A program made the position numbers and the translations under genes. Positions 40,340 through 51,000 of a stretch of 64,000 nt of DNA are shown here, piece after piece (the stretch's first letter is position 1; each line of letters opens with the position of its first letter). The DNA comes from Perkinsus chesapeaki ATCC PRA-425 (Eukaryota; Protista; Perkinsozoa): contig JAAPAO010000084.1 in assembly GCA_013115145.1 (NCBI GenBank), positions 22,960 to 86,959 on the forward strand, written 5' to 3'. Below the pieces are notes generated by a model, which had not been told where the DNA came from, searched no databases, and worked only from the letters and a program-made list of their open reading frames with translations.

Positions 40340-42082
40340 GGGCACCCCATTTAGTGCCTCATGGCTGAACTTGGTAGTGTAGAAGGGTACGTGGTATTGT
40401 GAGCTCTTTCTATACAGTGGACACACTATAGACCACAACAACATTTTGGCCGCTTTTTCTGTCCATCTCATGACAAGTACGGTATCAAAAAGTCAATCTT
40501 GAGTTTCAAATAATATCCATTCACCGTCTCCATATCCACTGTCATATACTGCGGGTGTTGGCCACAATGTTTCCGAGCTAACCGCTAGCAAGGTCATAGT
40601 TACAAGGATATCGGTGGATTGGAGCATTGCCTGATCGTGTAAATATGAAATGCTGTAGGAGCACTCGCCTCGGAAGCCCGGGCCACCTGGGCCAGGGAGC
40701 CGGCCCCCAAAGTTGCCCAATGTCTCCGAACTCTGAAGGGAACCATATCCAATTCGGCTCTCAAAATGTTCCAATTCCTTCGAGTATAAAATACCATGGT
40801 AGCCGGAGTGGTTGGTAGCTCGCTCCCGGAAATAAAATCACTGAGAGTTCGCAAACTATTACCTGGACCCCAGGGGCGGTGCACCCTTTTCTGTACACCC
40901 AGAGGAGGGGGCACCCTCTATGATGGGCGCTGTCAGCTAGCTAGCTACTATCTCACAGATGTACTTCACAAACAGGAGCAGAAACTTTGGTCTTTCGAAG
41001 TTGGCGTGAGAAAAGGACTTGATATGTCCGTTTGTGGTGTCGTAGTCAATCATACCCAGAAAGAGTCTCGCCTACACAGTATGGGCCATACTGTTATAGC
41101 CATGCTGCTGATAGTCTCATGGTGAGTTAGACCCCATGAGGAATGCGCCGCCAGCAACCCATCTACAGTACTTCATCCTTCTTCGATTACAAAACTAGAA
41201 GAATAGGGCTAAGCTGGTGGAATTTGCAAACGCCAGTGGCGAAAGGCCAACACGTGACAATATTTTTCGTAGCTGCACACAACGCATGCGCTCCGCCGGA
41301 TATGTTACACACGTCTGTGCATCCGTGTTTGCCTAACTCAGTTCTGCTGCAGTAACAGTGTTTCTCGTATATCGTAATCATTAGTAATCATATCGCTGAA
41401 TATGTTTGAGTATACCTCAGCATCACTATACCCGAGAACGACATGAGTCATTCCAGTGCCAATGAGCGTAAACTATCTACACCGGTGATATGAAGTTCTC
41501 ATTTGATAGCCTACGCCAAGTAAAGGTGAACGGTTTACAACGGTAGCCTAAGCCGATTCCTCGGATTCATACGGCTCGTATGATATGGGTAAGCTGTCCC
41601 AATATCCTTCAGCCCCTGCCAGCGAGTTCGATGGTTGAAGTTCAATCCAAGCCAATGCTGTAGTGCCAGTTGGGGCGCCGACAGTATTGGTTAGTTTTTA
41701 CGAACGTAGCCGTGCCAGCGGGTGCACCCGCACAGCTCACAACCTTGAAACGGCACCTTAGCACAACACACCTCGCAACACACTTCGCACATCACAACAC
41801 CACAACAATATTAGGGTGACATCAAGACGGTTCTTATCCTAGTATATCGAATACGCATGGATACAACATTTACCTGTGTTGAATTAGGGAAGTATAATAA
41901 GAATAGTCCATGTTGTGTCACTGAGTGGTCTTGATGAGGAGATCATGATGGTGGGAGCAGAGAATCGCTTTATCACCGCGTAGACTTCGAAGATGCTCCA
42001 CGGGCCGGCAGGAAATGCGCCACGTACAGTGAGGGTTCCTATGTGAACGTTCAGCTATGAGCGCAGGATGAAAATGGGATGA

Positions 42083-42104
42083 GACACCTGGGGTGTCACA
42101 CCCC
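42083..42104. mobile_element. hAT-type excision footprint, T=GACACCCC
   Basis: gacacct + ggggtgtc + acacccc, one substitution. Confidence 0.6.
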
Positions 42105-42237
42105 GCGAGATCGAGTAGGAATTTCAGCGTGGTGCACCGGACAGCTCATTTAGAATGAGCTTAGCTTTTTCAGCTAACGTGTTTTAAGTTTACTTGGCTG
42201 ATTCCATGTTTGCATCGTTGCTCTGTAATCGGCTGCA

Positions 42238-42259
42238 TAACCGCAGCGGTTGAACCGCT
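42238..42259. mobile_element. hAT-type excision footprint, T=CAACCGCT
   Basis: taaccgc + agcggttg + aaccgct, one substitution. Confidence 0.6.
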
Positions 42260-42313
42260 CTTGTATATTTAAAGCCATGGAGAGAGCTGCCAGACGCACT
42301 GCGTAGCCTGCCA

Positions 42314-42830
42314 GTGAACGGCCCTCCGTACCCGTGGCAGGCATCTTACCTGAAGACTATCGATGCACCGGAAGCGTGGAAGCGCTTGAACGTTATAATA
42401 TTATTGATCGTTGTACTTATATTCATGATCGAGATGGGAATGGTACTGAAGTGGCTGACACTTGGTGTTACCATAAACAACACTCGGGGCATATCAGCTG
42501 TCATGGACCTCGTCAACCTTATGCCCATTCTTAAGGCTACCCTCCATTTCAAGCAGGTATGGCTATTGCTATCGATTACGCTATTCGTAACAAAAGAGCG
42601 AGAAATGTCAAGGTTATTTTTGGACTATCTCTTGATGACGTTAAGACGATTCTCAAGGATTTCAAAGATCCTACCGGAAAGATCGCTCTCGACTTTGATG
42701 GAGTCGACTCTGATGCAGCCGTGGTAAGGTTGATACCGAACCATGGGGCAATCGTGCATACCCGTCCTACCCCTGCATTCAAGGACAGTCTTGCGTCGTT
42801 ATGTCACTCCGCACTAATTTCAGAACGTCA
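42314..42830 (+). pseudogene. Subtilisin-like (S8) protease pseudogene
   Basis: WQASYLKTIDAPEAWKRL, then with frameshifts YNIID..HDRDGNGTEVADT/LGVTINNTRGISAV...LMPI/AGMAIAIDYAI. The HGT motif reads NGT and the catalytic Asp segment is missing. Confidence 0.7.
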
Positions 42831-42835
42831 TGTAT

Positions 42836-45175
42836 GCCATCGAATTTGCCACTATGAGCTACCAAAGGCGACTGGAGGGCCCCGTTTACTCCAAATTGCA
42901 AGACGCCTACGACCTGAATCATCCATCTGAGCGCTCCAGCTCTCCGCGCACCCGAAGCGAAGGGCCAGGTGCCACCAGAAGGTCTCGTGAATGCCCAGCA
43001 AGCCACGCTGGGTTATGTGGCAACAAGTCCAGGGAATAGCATATGTTATGTTTGAAGACATTTGTCTCTATATTTCGACCGTGTCGGTATTTTGTACGTT
43101 GTTTGTATTCTAAAGATTATGAAACAGTCTTTCAATAAAATAATGACCAGGTAAAGTCATTAGATTATTTCTATTACATGAAGTCTCGTGTTACCAGTAT
43201 TATGCTGTGAGTGATTGGAGCTGGAAAGGCAGACGAACTGCTCAAGTCTAGGTAATGACTTAAAGCGATGTACAGTTTTCGTGCATTTGACTTCGAACTC
43301 CGAGGGAGGTAACTGAGGCGTGGGCCACGCCGCGTGGCTTGCTGCATTTCACTGTCTAACGTTCATTGGGTCTAGTCAGTCTCTAGATCTCCTTCTACAA
43401 CAACCGATAAGACTGGTGTTTGTGAGATGTCCATGGCCCAAATTGTGATTCCCACATAGCGGTGTGTCGCAGTATTCATCGCCTATGAACATGGTACCGG
43501 TGAATCATTGACACGATACCGTCGATGTGATAATAGTATTCCAGGGCATGGTATTTCCAGAGAGAAATGTCTAAGCGTGCTTTCCTTTGGGTTGCAACAC
43601 TCTTCTTCGATCGCACGGTCCTTTCTTCTGAACTCTCTTTAGTGACATGGAACACTATGCAGTACGGCGATGCGTAAGACCAGGCTTGAATTACAGACAA
43701 CTGTGGATAGCAGTTACAGCACCGAATGGGGCACACCTACCGAGATAGAGCGAGCTAATAGACTGGCAAAGGAGCGCGGCATCAGTTTGGAAACAGCTCG
43801 TGATGTGGGATACCTAGCTCAGCGTTCCGTTGTCTTTCCTGACCGTGGTCAGATACTCGCGGACTCGAGGTTCCAGCGAGAGGCAGACCGACTTCGAGAG
43901 TGGCAGAAGAACTATGATGTTATCGCTTTGCAAGAAGTGGAGTTCACTCACGAAAATGCGGTGCGCCTGATTGACAAGTAGGCCATCGGATGGCAGAAGG
44001 CTACGTCGACATGCTCAGGATCGAACTGGTGACATCCGAGTGGATAGCAGGGTGTCCATTGCCTGCACCAGAGTCCACTTCAACCTTCGCTACGCCTCTC
44101 CTGCTCCGCCGGCAGCGCTTCACTAATGTTGTCCCATTGAGCAATGGTACAAAAGACATTCCTGGGTGCATCGTCGAGGCTGTGACACGCGAAGGTCGGC
44201 CTACTTCCTGCTAGTGGTTTTATGCCTGTAGTGTTTCAGGCCTAACGATGGTGATTGGTAGCCTTCACGCAAAGTCGGGACCTATAAGGGCTGATGCTGT
44301 ATCAACTGTCAGGAGCTTCTTGCAGCATCTGGATGATAATCTTAATAATCGCACTGATCAGCTCATCTTCCTTGGAGGAGATTGGAACTCCCACATGTAA
44401 CAATCTCACTCGTCCTCGAACCCTTGCAACTTGCAAGCTGCAAGCCACGCTTATCGGGCCTGATGAATGATGACATTGCGAAGATGGCAATCTTTAGCTT
44501 GTTCCATTCGAAGCCTTTCGGTGTGGAGCACCCTGTCTGATCAGGTATGACCTGCTCCCACTATTCCAGTCATCATCTCCCGACTGGACCCTCCACACTG
44601 TACCGACGAATGACACCCCCTTATGGTCTTTACCGAGGTTCACTAGTCAGCATGAACATAATTGGCTGGCTGCTTATGACGGATGGTTCGTGCTAACTCC
44701 AGCGTCAATGTAAGATATTAGGCAACAATCGCATGCCGTAGCTTCTTCTCAGTCCACGTTATCGGTTCTCCTCAACAGAGCTTCGTGAAGGCTTTCTCCC
44801 CAAGTACTTGCTTCGCGAAGGTGATAGCACGTACCGTGCCAGTCCGTTCTACTATGGCAACTGCCGAGGCGAGGACGGTAAGCCTGGTTTTCGCTATCCG
44901 GAGATTACATGACTGCGGCAGGTCCCGCGTCACGTTTCCCTGAGTGCATTTCTGGGCAGCTGAAGATCGAGACGAACGGAGCTACTTGGATATACCCTCA
45001 TCTACTTGCCGATGTCGGCCTTTCAGACCACATGGCAGTCGAAATGAGAATACATGACGAACACTGGGAAATGAGTTTAACTTAGCCTGGCTTGCTACGA
45101 AACGTGATGGCGAAGCAGCTTAAAGGTTTCTTGTCACGACGGGTGATGGAGTTAAAAAATGTTCGACGTGGTGGA
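42836..45175. repeat. Segmental duplication, copy 2; starts with a decayed CTL 3' fragment (42836-43055)
   Basis: Near-identical to 34291-36645. The CTL coding part has indels and more substitutions than the rest of the block. Confidence 0.95.
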
Positions 45176-45680
45176 GGAATCACAGACGCAAACGTACTGC
45201 CGCGAATCTGTCGTCACTTATCGATATAATACACTGAGGCTCCCATCAGCAAACTGTCATTGGCGCGTGTGCCCAAAGCGCCGAGTCTCGTCACATTCAG
45301 GCTCCAGGCATGTCCTACTACTTCGGTAATCGAGATTAGATTAACCCCATGTGAAAATGGCCCTATAATGGGCTAAGAATCCCAGACTGAGAATCTTAGA
45401 TTTTATAGATTTGGCGAGACTCAAAATGTCCCAGCTGGTACTGTAGATACCTTCTAAGTACCTTGCACATCTCCGAGCTGAAGTGTTCGGATACTGTATC
45501 CACCCACACTGGCCGCTGCGCTACTAGCACTTCGAATATATCGAAGGAGCTTCCGGAGAAGCTCATCGGCTCAGCCGATGAGTACAGTCGGCAACTCGGA
45601 GAAACTGAAGTGTGCAATGCATGTAATTTGCTGTGAATCATCTTCATTATAACCGTCCGCCCAACCGAGAAATGTGTAGG

Positions 45681-45744
45681 AACTGCCGCTGGAAGTGAAG
45701 GCTTCACTTCCAGCGGCAGTTGCTGTGAAGCTTCACTGTGAAGC
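45681..45744. mobile_element. Extended hAT-type excision footprint, T=AGTGAAGC
   Basis: Perfect 20-bp arms around a 1-nt loop (45701), an 8-nt filler, then gcttcact + gtgaagc. Confidence 0.68.
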
Positions 45745-45749
45745 CGGCG

Positions 45750-45847
45750 AGTTGCGCAGTTTGCCATAAGCTATACGATCTACACAGTTGCACGCATACG
45801 TTAGGGTTCTTTCTGTCACTCAACAAGACGGACAGAGTAATGTGCTT
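45750..45847. repeat. About 100-bp dispersed repeat, copy A (copy B at 50819-50915)
   Basis: agttgcgcagtttgccat...agagtaatgtgctt is shared by both copies with scattered substitutions. Confidence 0.85.
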
Positions 45848-45895
45848 CATCCGACAGAGCTACATGCACACTCTCTGCTGGAGCGTCCAGGAAAC

Positions 45896-45933
45896 GTCTA
45901 TTCTACTGTAGAATAGACTGTAGAGTTTCTACA
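45896..45933. mobile_element. Extended hAT-type excision footprint, T=ATTCTACA
   Basis: gtctattctac t gtagaatagac, then tgtagagt (one mismatch to tgtagaat) + ttctaca. Confidence 0.6.
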
Positions 45934-46518
45934 GTTTTAAGCTGGAGCTGGAGTTTCATTCGCTCCAAGCCTTGGAGTGCTGTCATTTACAGCACTTCCG
46001 GCGGCTGTACCTTACATAAATGTTGAACAGCTGAATCGTCGTTTAATCCCAACCAGTCATATAAAAGCAGAGCAATACTACTGCTGCAAGGGTTCTCTGA
46101 TCCAAAAATACGCTGCAAGCAAACTGAGACTTTGCATTCCAAATAATATCCCGCTCAGCTTCAGCAACTTTCGTACACTTATGGCGAGTTCGTGATTCAC
46201 GACTCGTGTAATATCGGTGGAGATCCTCATGAAACCTCGCTGATGAACTACAAGAACTCAAGCCTTTTACAGTTGAGCAGTTGATACATCGTTTGATAGG
46301 TTGGGAGATCCTAGCAATACATTTATACAATCAAGCCGGGCTAGAATACATCGGGCATGTATAGAAATCTGGGCTTTGAAAAGGCGATTCATCCTATATT
46401 CTGCGTAGTTTATCAGTTGGTGTGAGTCAAACCGTGTGACTAGCTGCCATGTAACCTTTTTAGCTCACTGTGCGAGAGCTGACAATGCATTGAAAATATG
46501 CCATTTTCTCACCTATCT

Positions 46519-46574
46519 ATAGTTGGTTCGCCATGCAAAATTGGCATGGCCAACCAACTATTTGCATTGAAAAT
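46519..46574. mobile_element. Aged extended hAT-type excision footprint, T=ATGCAAAT
   Basis: 21-bp arms with 2 mismatches around a 1-nt loop (46540), then atttgcat + tgaaaat (one mismatch). Confidence 0.55.
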
Positions 46575-47538
46575 ACCGAGTTACTCAATGTTCAGGGGTG
46601 GGATGAGTTGAAGTGCGAGTTCACACGGTGAGTCAGTCAGCAGGGACTCCGTGCTGATTGATTCACCCTAAGAATACAACTACTGCTCCCCCTTTGCCAA
46701 GAAGGGAACAATAATTGTAGTCTTAGATACAAAGGTCTTATTACGTTTGCAGCCAACAGATTGGTAAGCCGAGATAACACCAAGTCATGCTATCGCATAA
46801 GGTCATGACATCCATCACATAAAAGGCATCCGGTTTGTGGCGGGGGTCTGAACCGGTCCGACGATTAACATTCACGATAAACGAGGGCCGACTTTGGCGA
46901 CACACTCCGGTGGTAGTAGTAATAGGCTAAGTAGCGATTAACGGTCAGGCAGCACTGCTTCGGGGTACATGAGCATGAGGCGTTCCCAGGAACAACGAAT
47001 GATGCGTATGTGAAGCTCATCTCTCACCAACGGTTAAGGCACAAGATCAAGGCGAGTACGGATTGTGGTTCCATAGCAGTGTGCGCACTTTGCTTATCCG
47101 TAGACAAAGCGGTGTGCACGCCACCAACTACAACAGCAGGAAAATGCAGCTACTTGCAGGTATAAGCAGGCAAACTCAAACGATCTGCGTACGCGGTTCC
47201 CGGCACAAAGGTTCACATGGCACATATATAAAGCCATCAAAGGACTATCACCAAGTTTGGGTTGCAAACTGCGCAGGACTGCGCCACAGCGAATTGGCGG
47301 AGCTGCCCGGCGCCACGGACTCAGAGATTGACTGAATTAAATTGATTCTCAAGTAAGTGCACGTGTGTGTGAGTTTATAGTCCAACGCCGAGATTAGCTT
47401 AGACTATCCATTCTATGTGCAGCTTCAGAGCGAGAGTTTAATACCTAAACTGTAATCGCACACGTGCACTGCTAAGTGCACGTGTGCGATCGATTGGTAT
47501 ATACGCATCAAGAGATTTAGCTTCATAGTTTAAACAAC

Positions 47539-48641
47539 ATGATCTACTTATTCATTGGCATCGTTCTTACCTGCTGGTATCTTATGGCACGTGGCGAGAT
47601 ATCTTTGCCTTTCAAGGACGGTATTGTCAGTGGTGTCAAATTCGACGGACAACCGCTCAAACTGTCGATTGATACTGGTCTTAGTGGAACTTACGTTGTG
47701 TACAAGGATTGGTATGAAAGAACCTACGGGAAGGATGCCTGCAAGCAGTTTCAAATGGGCTGCTACTCCTGCCCCGGTGGTTGCGATCCTTATGCTAAAG
47801 AGAAGCATGTTACAGGGTTTGGAGACGGCTCCGCGATAACGTCAGTCCTGCACAAAGGAACGCTTTCTCTTGCGGGGATAAAGCTGGACATGCAATTTCG
47901 TCTGATTGTAGACTTCTCCCCCTCCTCAGAAGTGGAATGTGACACGGTAATGAATATCCTTGGCCTCGCCTTCGGTTCGACTACCAGCCGTCAAACGGTA
48001 CCGAATCAGCTTTACCTGAATAAGATGATCAAGAAGTATGCAGTAGCAATATGTTCGCCCAGTGATCTGGATTCGTTTACCGGTAGTCTAATACTTGGTG
48101 ATTGGAATGGGTTGTGTGCTATCAAGGCGGATGTTGCCATCATTCCGATGACTCGACCCCATAAACATAGTTTATTGGATTCGGATCTACCCGCTTATGG
48201 TCTTGTGAGCGGCTCACAGTGAGCCCTACAGGGAGAAGGTTCACCCAGGAAGCCGAAGAAAGATCTGCTGCGTACGATACGGGTGCTTACTCACTTTTTG
48301 CCCCGCAGAATATATTTGAGAGTCTCCTAAACAAGATCTCGTATTTCGCAGGGCCTGGGGTGCGCGTTGAAGCCTACAATCATGGCTGGAATATCACGGA
48401 CAAGGGGTACAGCAACTTTCCAGCTTCAACATTTTCTATCGGACGTAAGCCACATCATTTCATTGTACGTATCCCGCCTAATAAATACGCAATCTGCTGT
48501 GATGGCAAATGGTGTAGGCTTGCATTCGTCGATTACGGTGGATCTAGAGTTATGCTTGGTCGCCCTTTCTTCACAACTTATTTTTCTTGTTTCGATTTGG
48601 AGATGGGAACTGTTAGCATTGCCGAGTACAAGTCTCGCTAA
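47539..48641 (+). pseudogene. Pepsin-like (A1) aspartic protease frameshifted by a 14-bp footprint
   Basis: Signal peptide, SIDTGLS, FGDGS flap, ILGLA, AYDTGAY and MLGRPFFTTYFSCFD. The two lobes are in different frames, and deleting the 14 inserted bases at about 48211-48224 gives one 362-aa ORF. Confidence 0.88.
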
Positions 48642-49097
48642 GAATTATGAGCCGACCTCGTTATCAGAGTGCGCTTTTCGGTACATCGGGAGTGCTGTTG
48701 GTTGGAAAGATATTCTACCTGTAGTCCCGTCTCCGTTGTCTACCTCACTACGGCATGTGAACGATTTTCATAGAGTCTTACTAGTAGTTTTTCGAGCACT
48801 CCATATAGAGACGTATCGTTCGGGCTGGTCGAGTTGGATTGAATATGAAGTGAATGGATCATGTAAGTGATATTCAAGATTATCGACGAGAGTGAAATCA
48901 CACAACGAGAGGAGCAACACAAGCTAGTGACGCTAGTAAGCTAGAATGCCTTTATAAGAAAAGCACATGATTTATTAATGATCTGATAGATCATTTTAAA
49001 CCCTCCCACTGCCTTGCCCAGAGGTAGAGTGTAAGTCATGCCGACAGTCATCACTCTTGACATGATGGTGATTGTCACATTCAGGATGATGTTTACT

Positions 49098-49122
49098 GTG
49101 TTATAATAATAACACTGTTATT
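49098..49122. mobile_element. hAT-type excision footprint with an extra aat, T=GTGTTATT
   Basis: gtgttat + aat + aataacac + tgttatt. Confidence 0.5.
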
Positions 49123-49615
49123 GATAATTAGTGAAGTCATCTATGTTATCCTGATAGACCTACACTCTAGCAGACGAGGTTGCTTCTGGTTTCATGGAAT
49201 AGGCATATATATACATGCCTAAGACTAGGGCGTTTAGAGCTCGCCCGGGCATTCGGACCTTCGCTCGCCCGGGCAGTTTCTACTAAACTAATTTATGCCC
49301 TAGCCATTCAAACCAGTAGCAGCCACGCCTGCCTGTCCCACTCCTCTGTGCATGGGATTTCAAAGAGAGGTCAATGTTTGCAAACACCCACCCGAATATT
49401 CAATGGATCACCTGTGGGTTGCATTTCAGTTAGAAAGCCATGGGCGACGCACACAATTTCCATTTAGCACTTTTTCTAGTAGTAAGACAGGAATTAGTTC
49501 GACCGAACATCCATCGAAGTTGAAAAGCTGTAGTCCCCAGTGTAAAGCGCCCAACAGATTGCGAACAAGAGAGTCTACGTTTATCGAAACCCAGCTACAA
49601 GATGCGTAACGTCGG

Positions 49616-49637
49616 ATGCTGCAGCAGCATTGCTGCT
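49616..49637. mobile_element. hAT-type excision footprint, T=ATGCTGCT
   Basis: atgctgc + agcagcat + tgctgct, exact. Confidence 0.68.
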
Positions 49638-49792
49638 CTTGCCAAATTTATGCTCATATCTCGTGTTATTCTATACTTTACTGGCTTGTGTAGTCTATAA
49701 CATTGCTGGAAGCATCTTTTCACCATTAAACATATGCAGTGTTGTAAACACCACAAGGATAAGGTATAGATAAGTGAGATAGAGCACTAAAA

Positions 49793-49855
49793 CAGAGTGA
49801 ATAATGAGTAGAATATGATATTCTACTCATTATTCACTCTGATATTCTGAATATC
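49793..49855. mobile_element. Extended hAT-type excision footprint, T=AGAATATC
   Basis: Perfect 24-bp arms around a 1-nt loop (49817), then gatattct + gaatatc. No mismatches. Confidence 0.72.
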
Positions 49856-50066
49856 ACGAGTAAATGAAGCTAGTACTAGCGTGGTACGACAATTGTACGA
49901 TAGACAGGAATTGTGGGAGTAACCCACAATGGGTTATATAGTGCACATCACAACAGCTCAAGTCTAGGGTATGACTTCTAGCGATGTACAACTGGTTCTG
50001 CTTTTTCCCACCAAATGGATTGCTAGCTCGATTCCCTCTCCCTCGGCGATCATAAATGCGGTCATG

Positions 50067-50088
50067 CTCCTACGGTAGGAGTCCTACC
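50067..50088. mobile_element. hAT-type excision footprint, T=CTCCTACC
   Basis: ctcctac + ggtaggag + tcctacc, exact. Confidence 0.7.
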
Positions 50089-50927
50089 GAGGGTAATCTT
50101 TCGAGATAGCAATGACTCTTGTCCAACTTGGACTTTCCACAACTGATCAATGCTCAGTGGGATCTCCTCCGGGTGGCAGTGGGCTACGAATAAAATTGGC
50201 ACGTGGGGTGCGCGAGCTTAATCAACTGAATATCAATACGCGAATCTGACGCAGTCCTATTACCATCTTCCCCTCCCAGTGCCTGTCCTGCCCTAGCGCC
50301 TGGGAGTCGGACTCCCAGGCTGGGACACTTGGCTCGCCCTGACTGGCACAATCCTTCTTGCGCTTGCCAGTTGTACTGCACAACAAAGGGTTAAATATGA
50401 TGATTATGAATGACGCATCAATAGAGTAGTACTTCAGAAGTACTAGAAACTTGGGCGAGCGAGGAAGTTTGTCGCTTGTCCCTTGTTTTAAACAGTTTAA
50501 GCTTCCATCATGGAGGCTTAATAGTAAATAAGGTTTTTCGGCTTCAACAGTTGGGTGTTGCATTCTTTGCGTCAGAAGTCAGTGAAATTTCATGAAATTC
50601 AAGAATTGCAATTTCAGTTGAAATTTCACTGATCTCATCGGCCTCGTGAAATTCCTGAAATTTCAAAAGGGAAATTTCAAAGCGACTCACCCTACATGTT
50701 TATTAACATAGACTAGGTGATTCCATGTGCACTAGATTGAGAATAGCTGCGCTGTGATTTCGCTCGAACTTAGTAAGTGCTGGTAACTGAGAATGGTTCT
50801 ATTTGGACTGTCCGTAGCAGTTGCGCAGTTTGCCATTAGCTAGACGATCTAAACAGTTCCACGTATACGTTAGGGTTCTTCGCACTCAACAGGAAGGACA
50901 GAGAGTAATGTGCTTTTAAAGCACATT

Positions 50928-51000
50928 AGATCGCTCTTGCATCGAGCGGTCGAGTGGATTCTGATACAGCCGTGGTAAGGTTGATACCGAATCATGAGGC
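50928..51000 (+). pseudogene. Short fragment homologous to the subtilisin pseudogene segment 42680-42749
   Basis: Shares agatcgctct and ctgat[a/g]cagccgtggtaaggttgataccgaa[t/c]catg[a/g]ggc. Confidence 0.75.

Noticed and set aside
40493-41355. Pepsin-like hints (CSYSISY and YGDG on minus; FFDYKTRRIGLS on plus)
   Set aside because: They lie on opposite strands and have no DTG/DSG motif in context, so this is too weak to call.
41718-41731. Even 14-bp palindromes (also 51535-51548) and 12-bp ones (49869-49880)
   Set aside because: No 1-nt loop and no third copy, so they do not fit the scar rule.
49238-49275. gctcgcccgggca twice, resembling cloning adaptors or AAV ITR
   Set aside because: Only a short GC core matches and the flanks do not.
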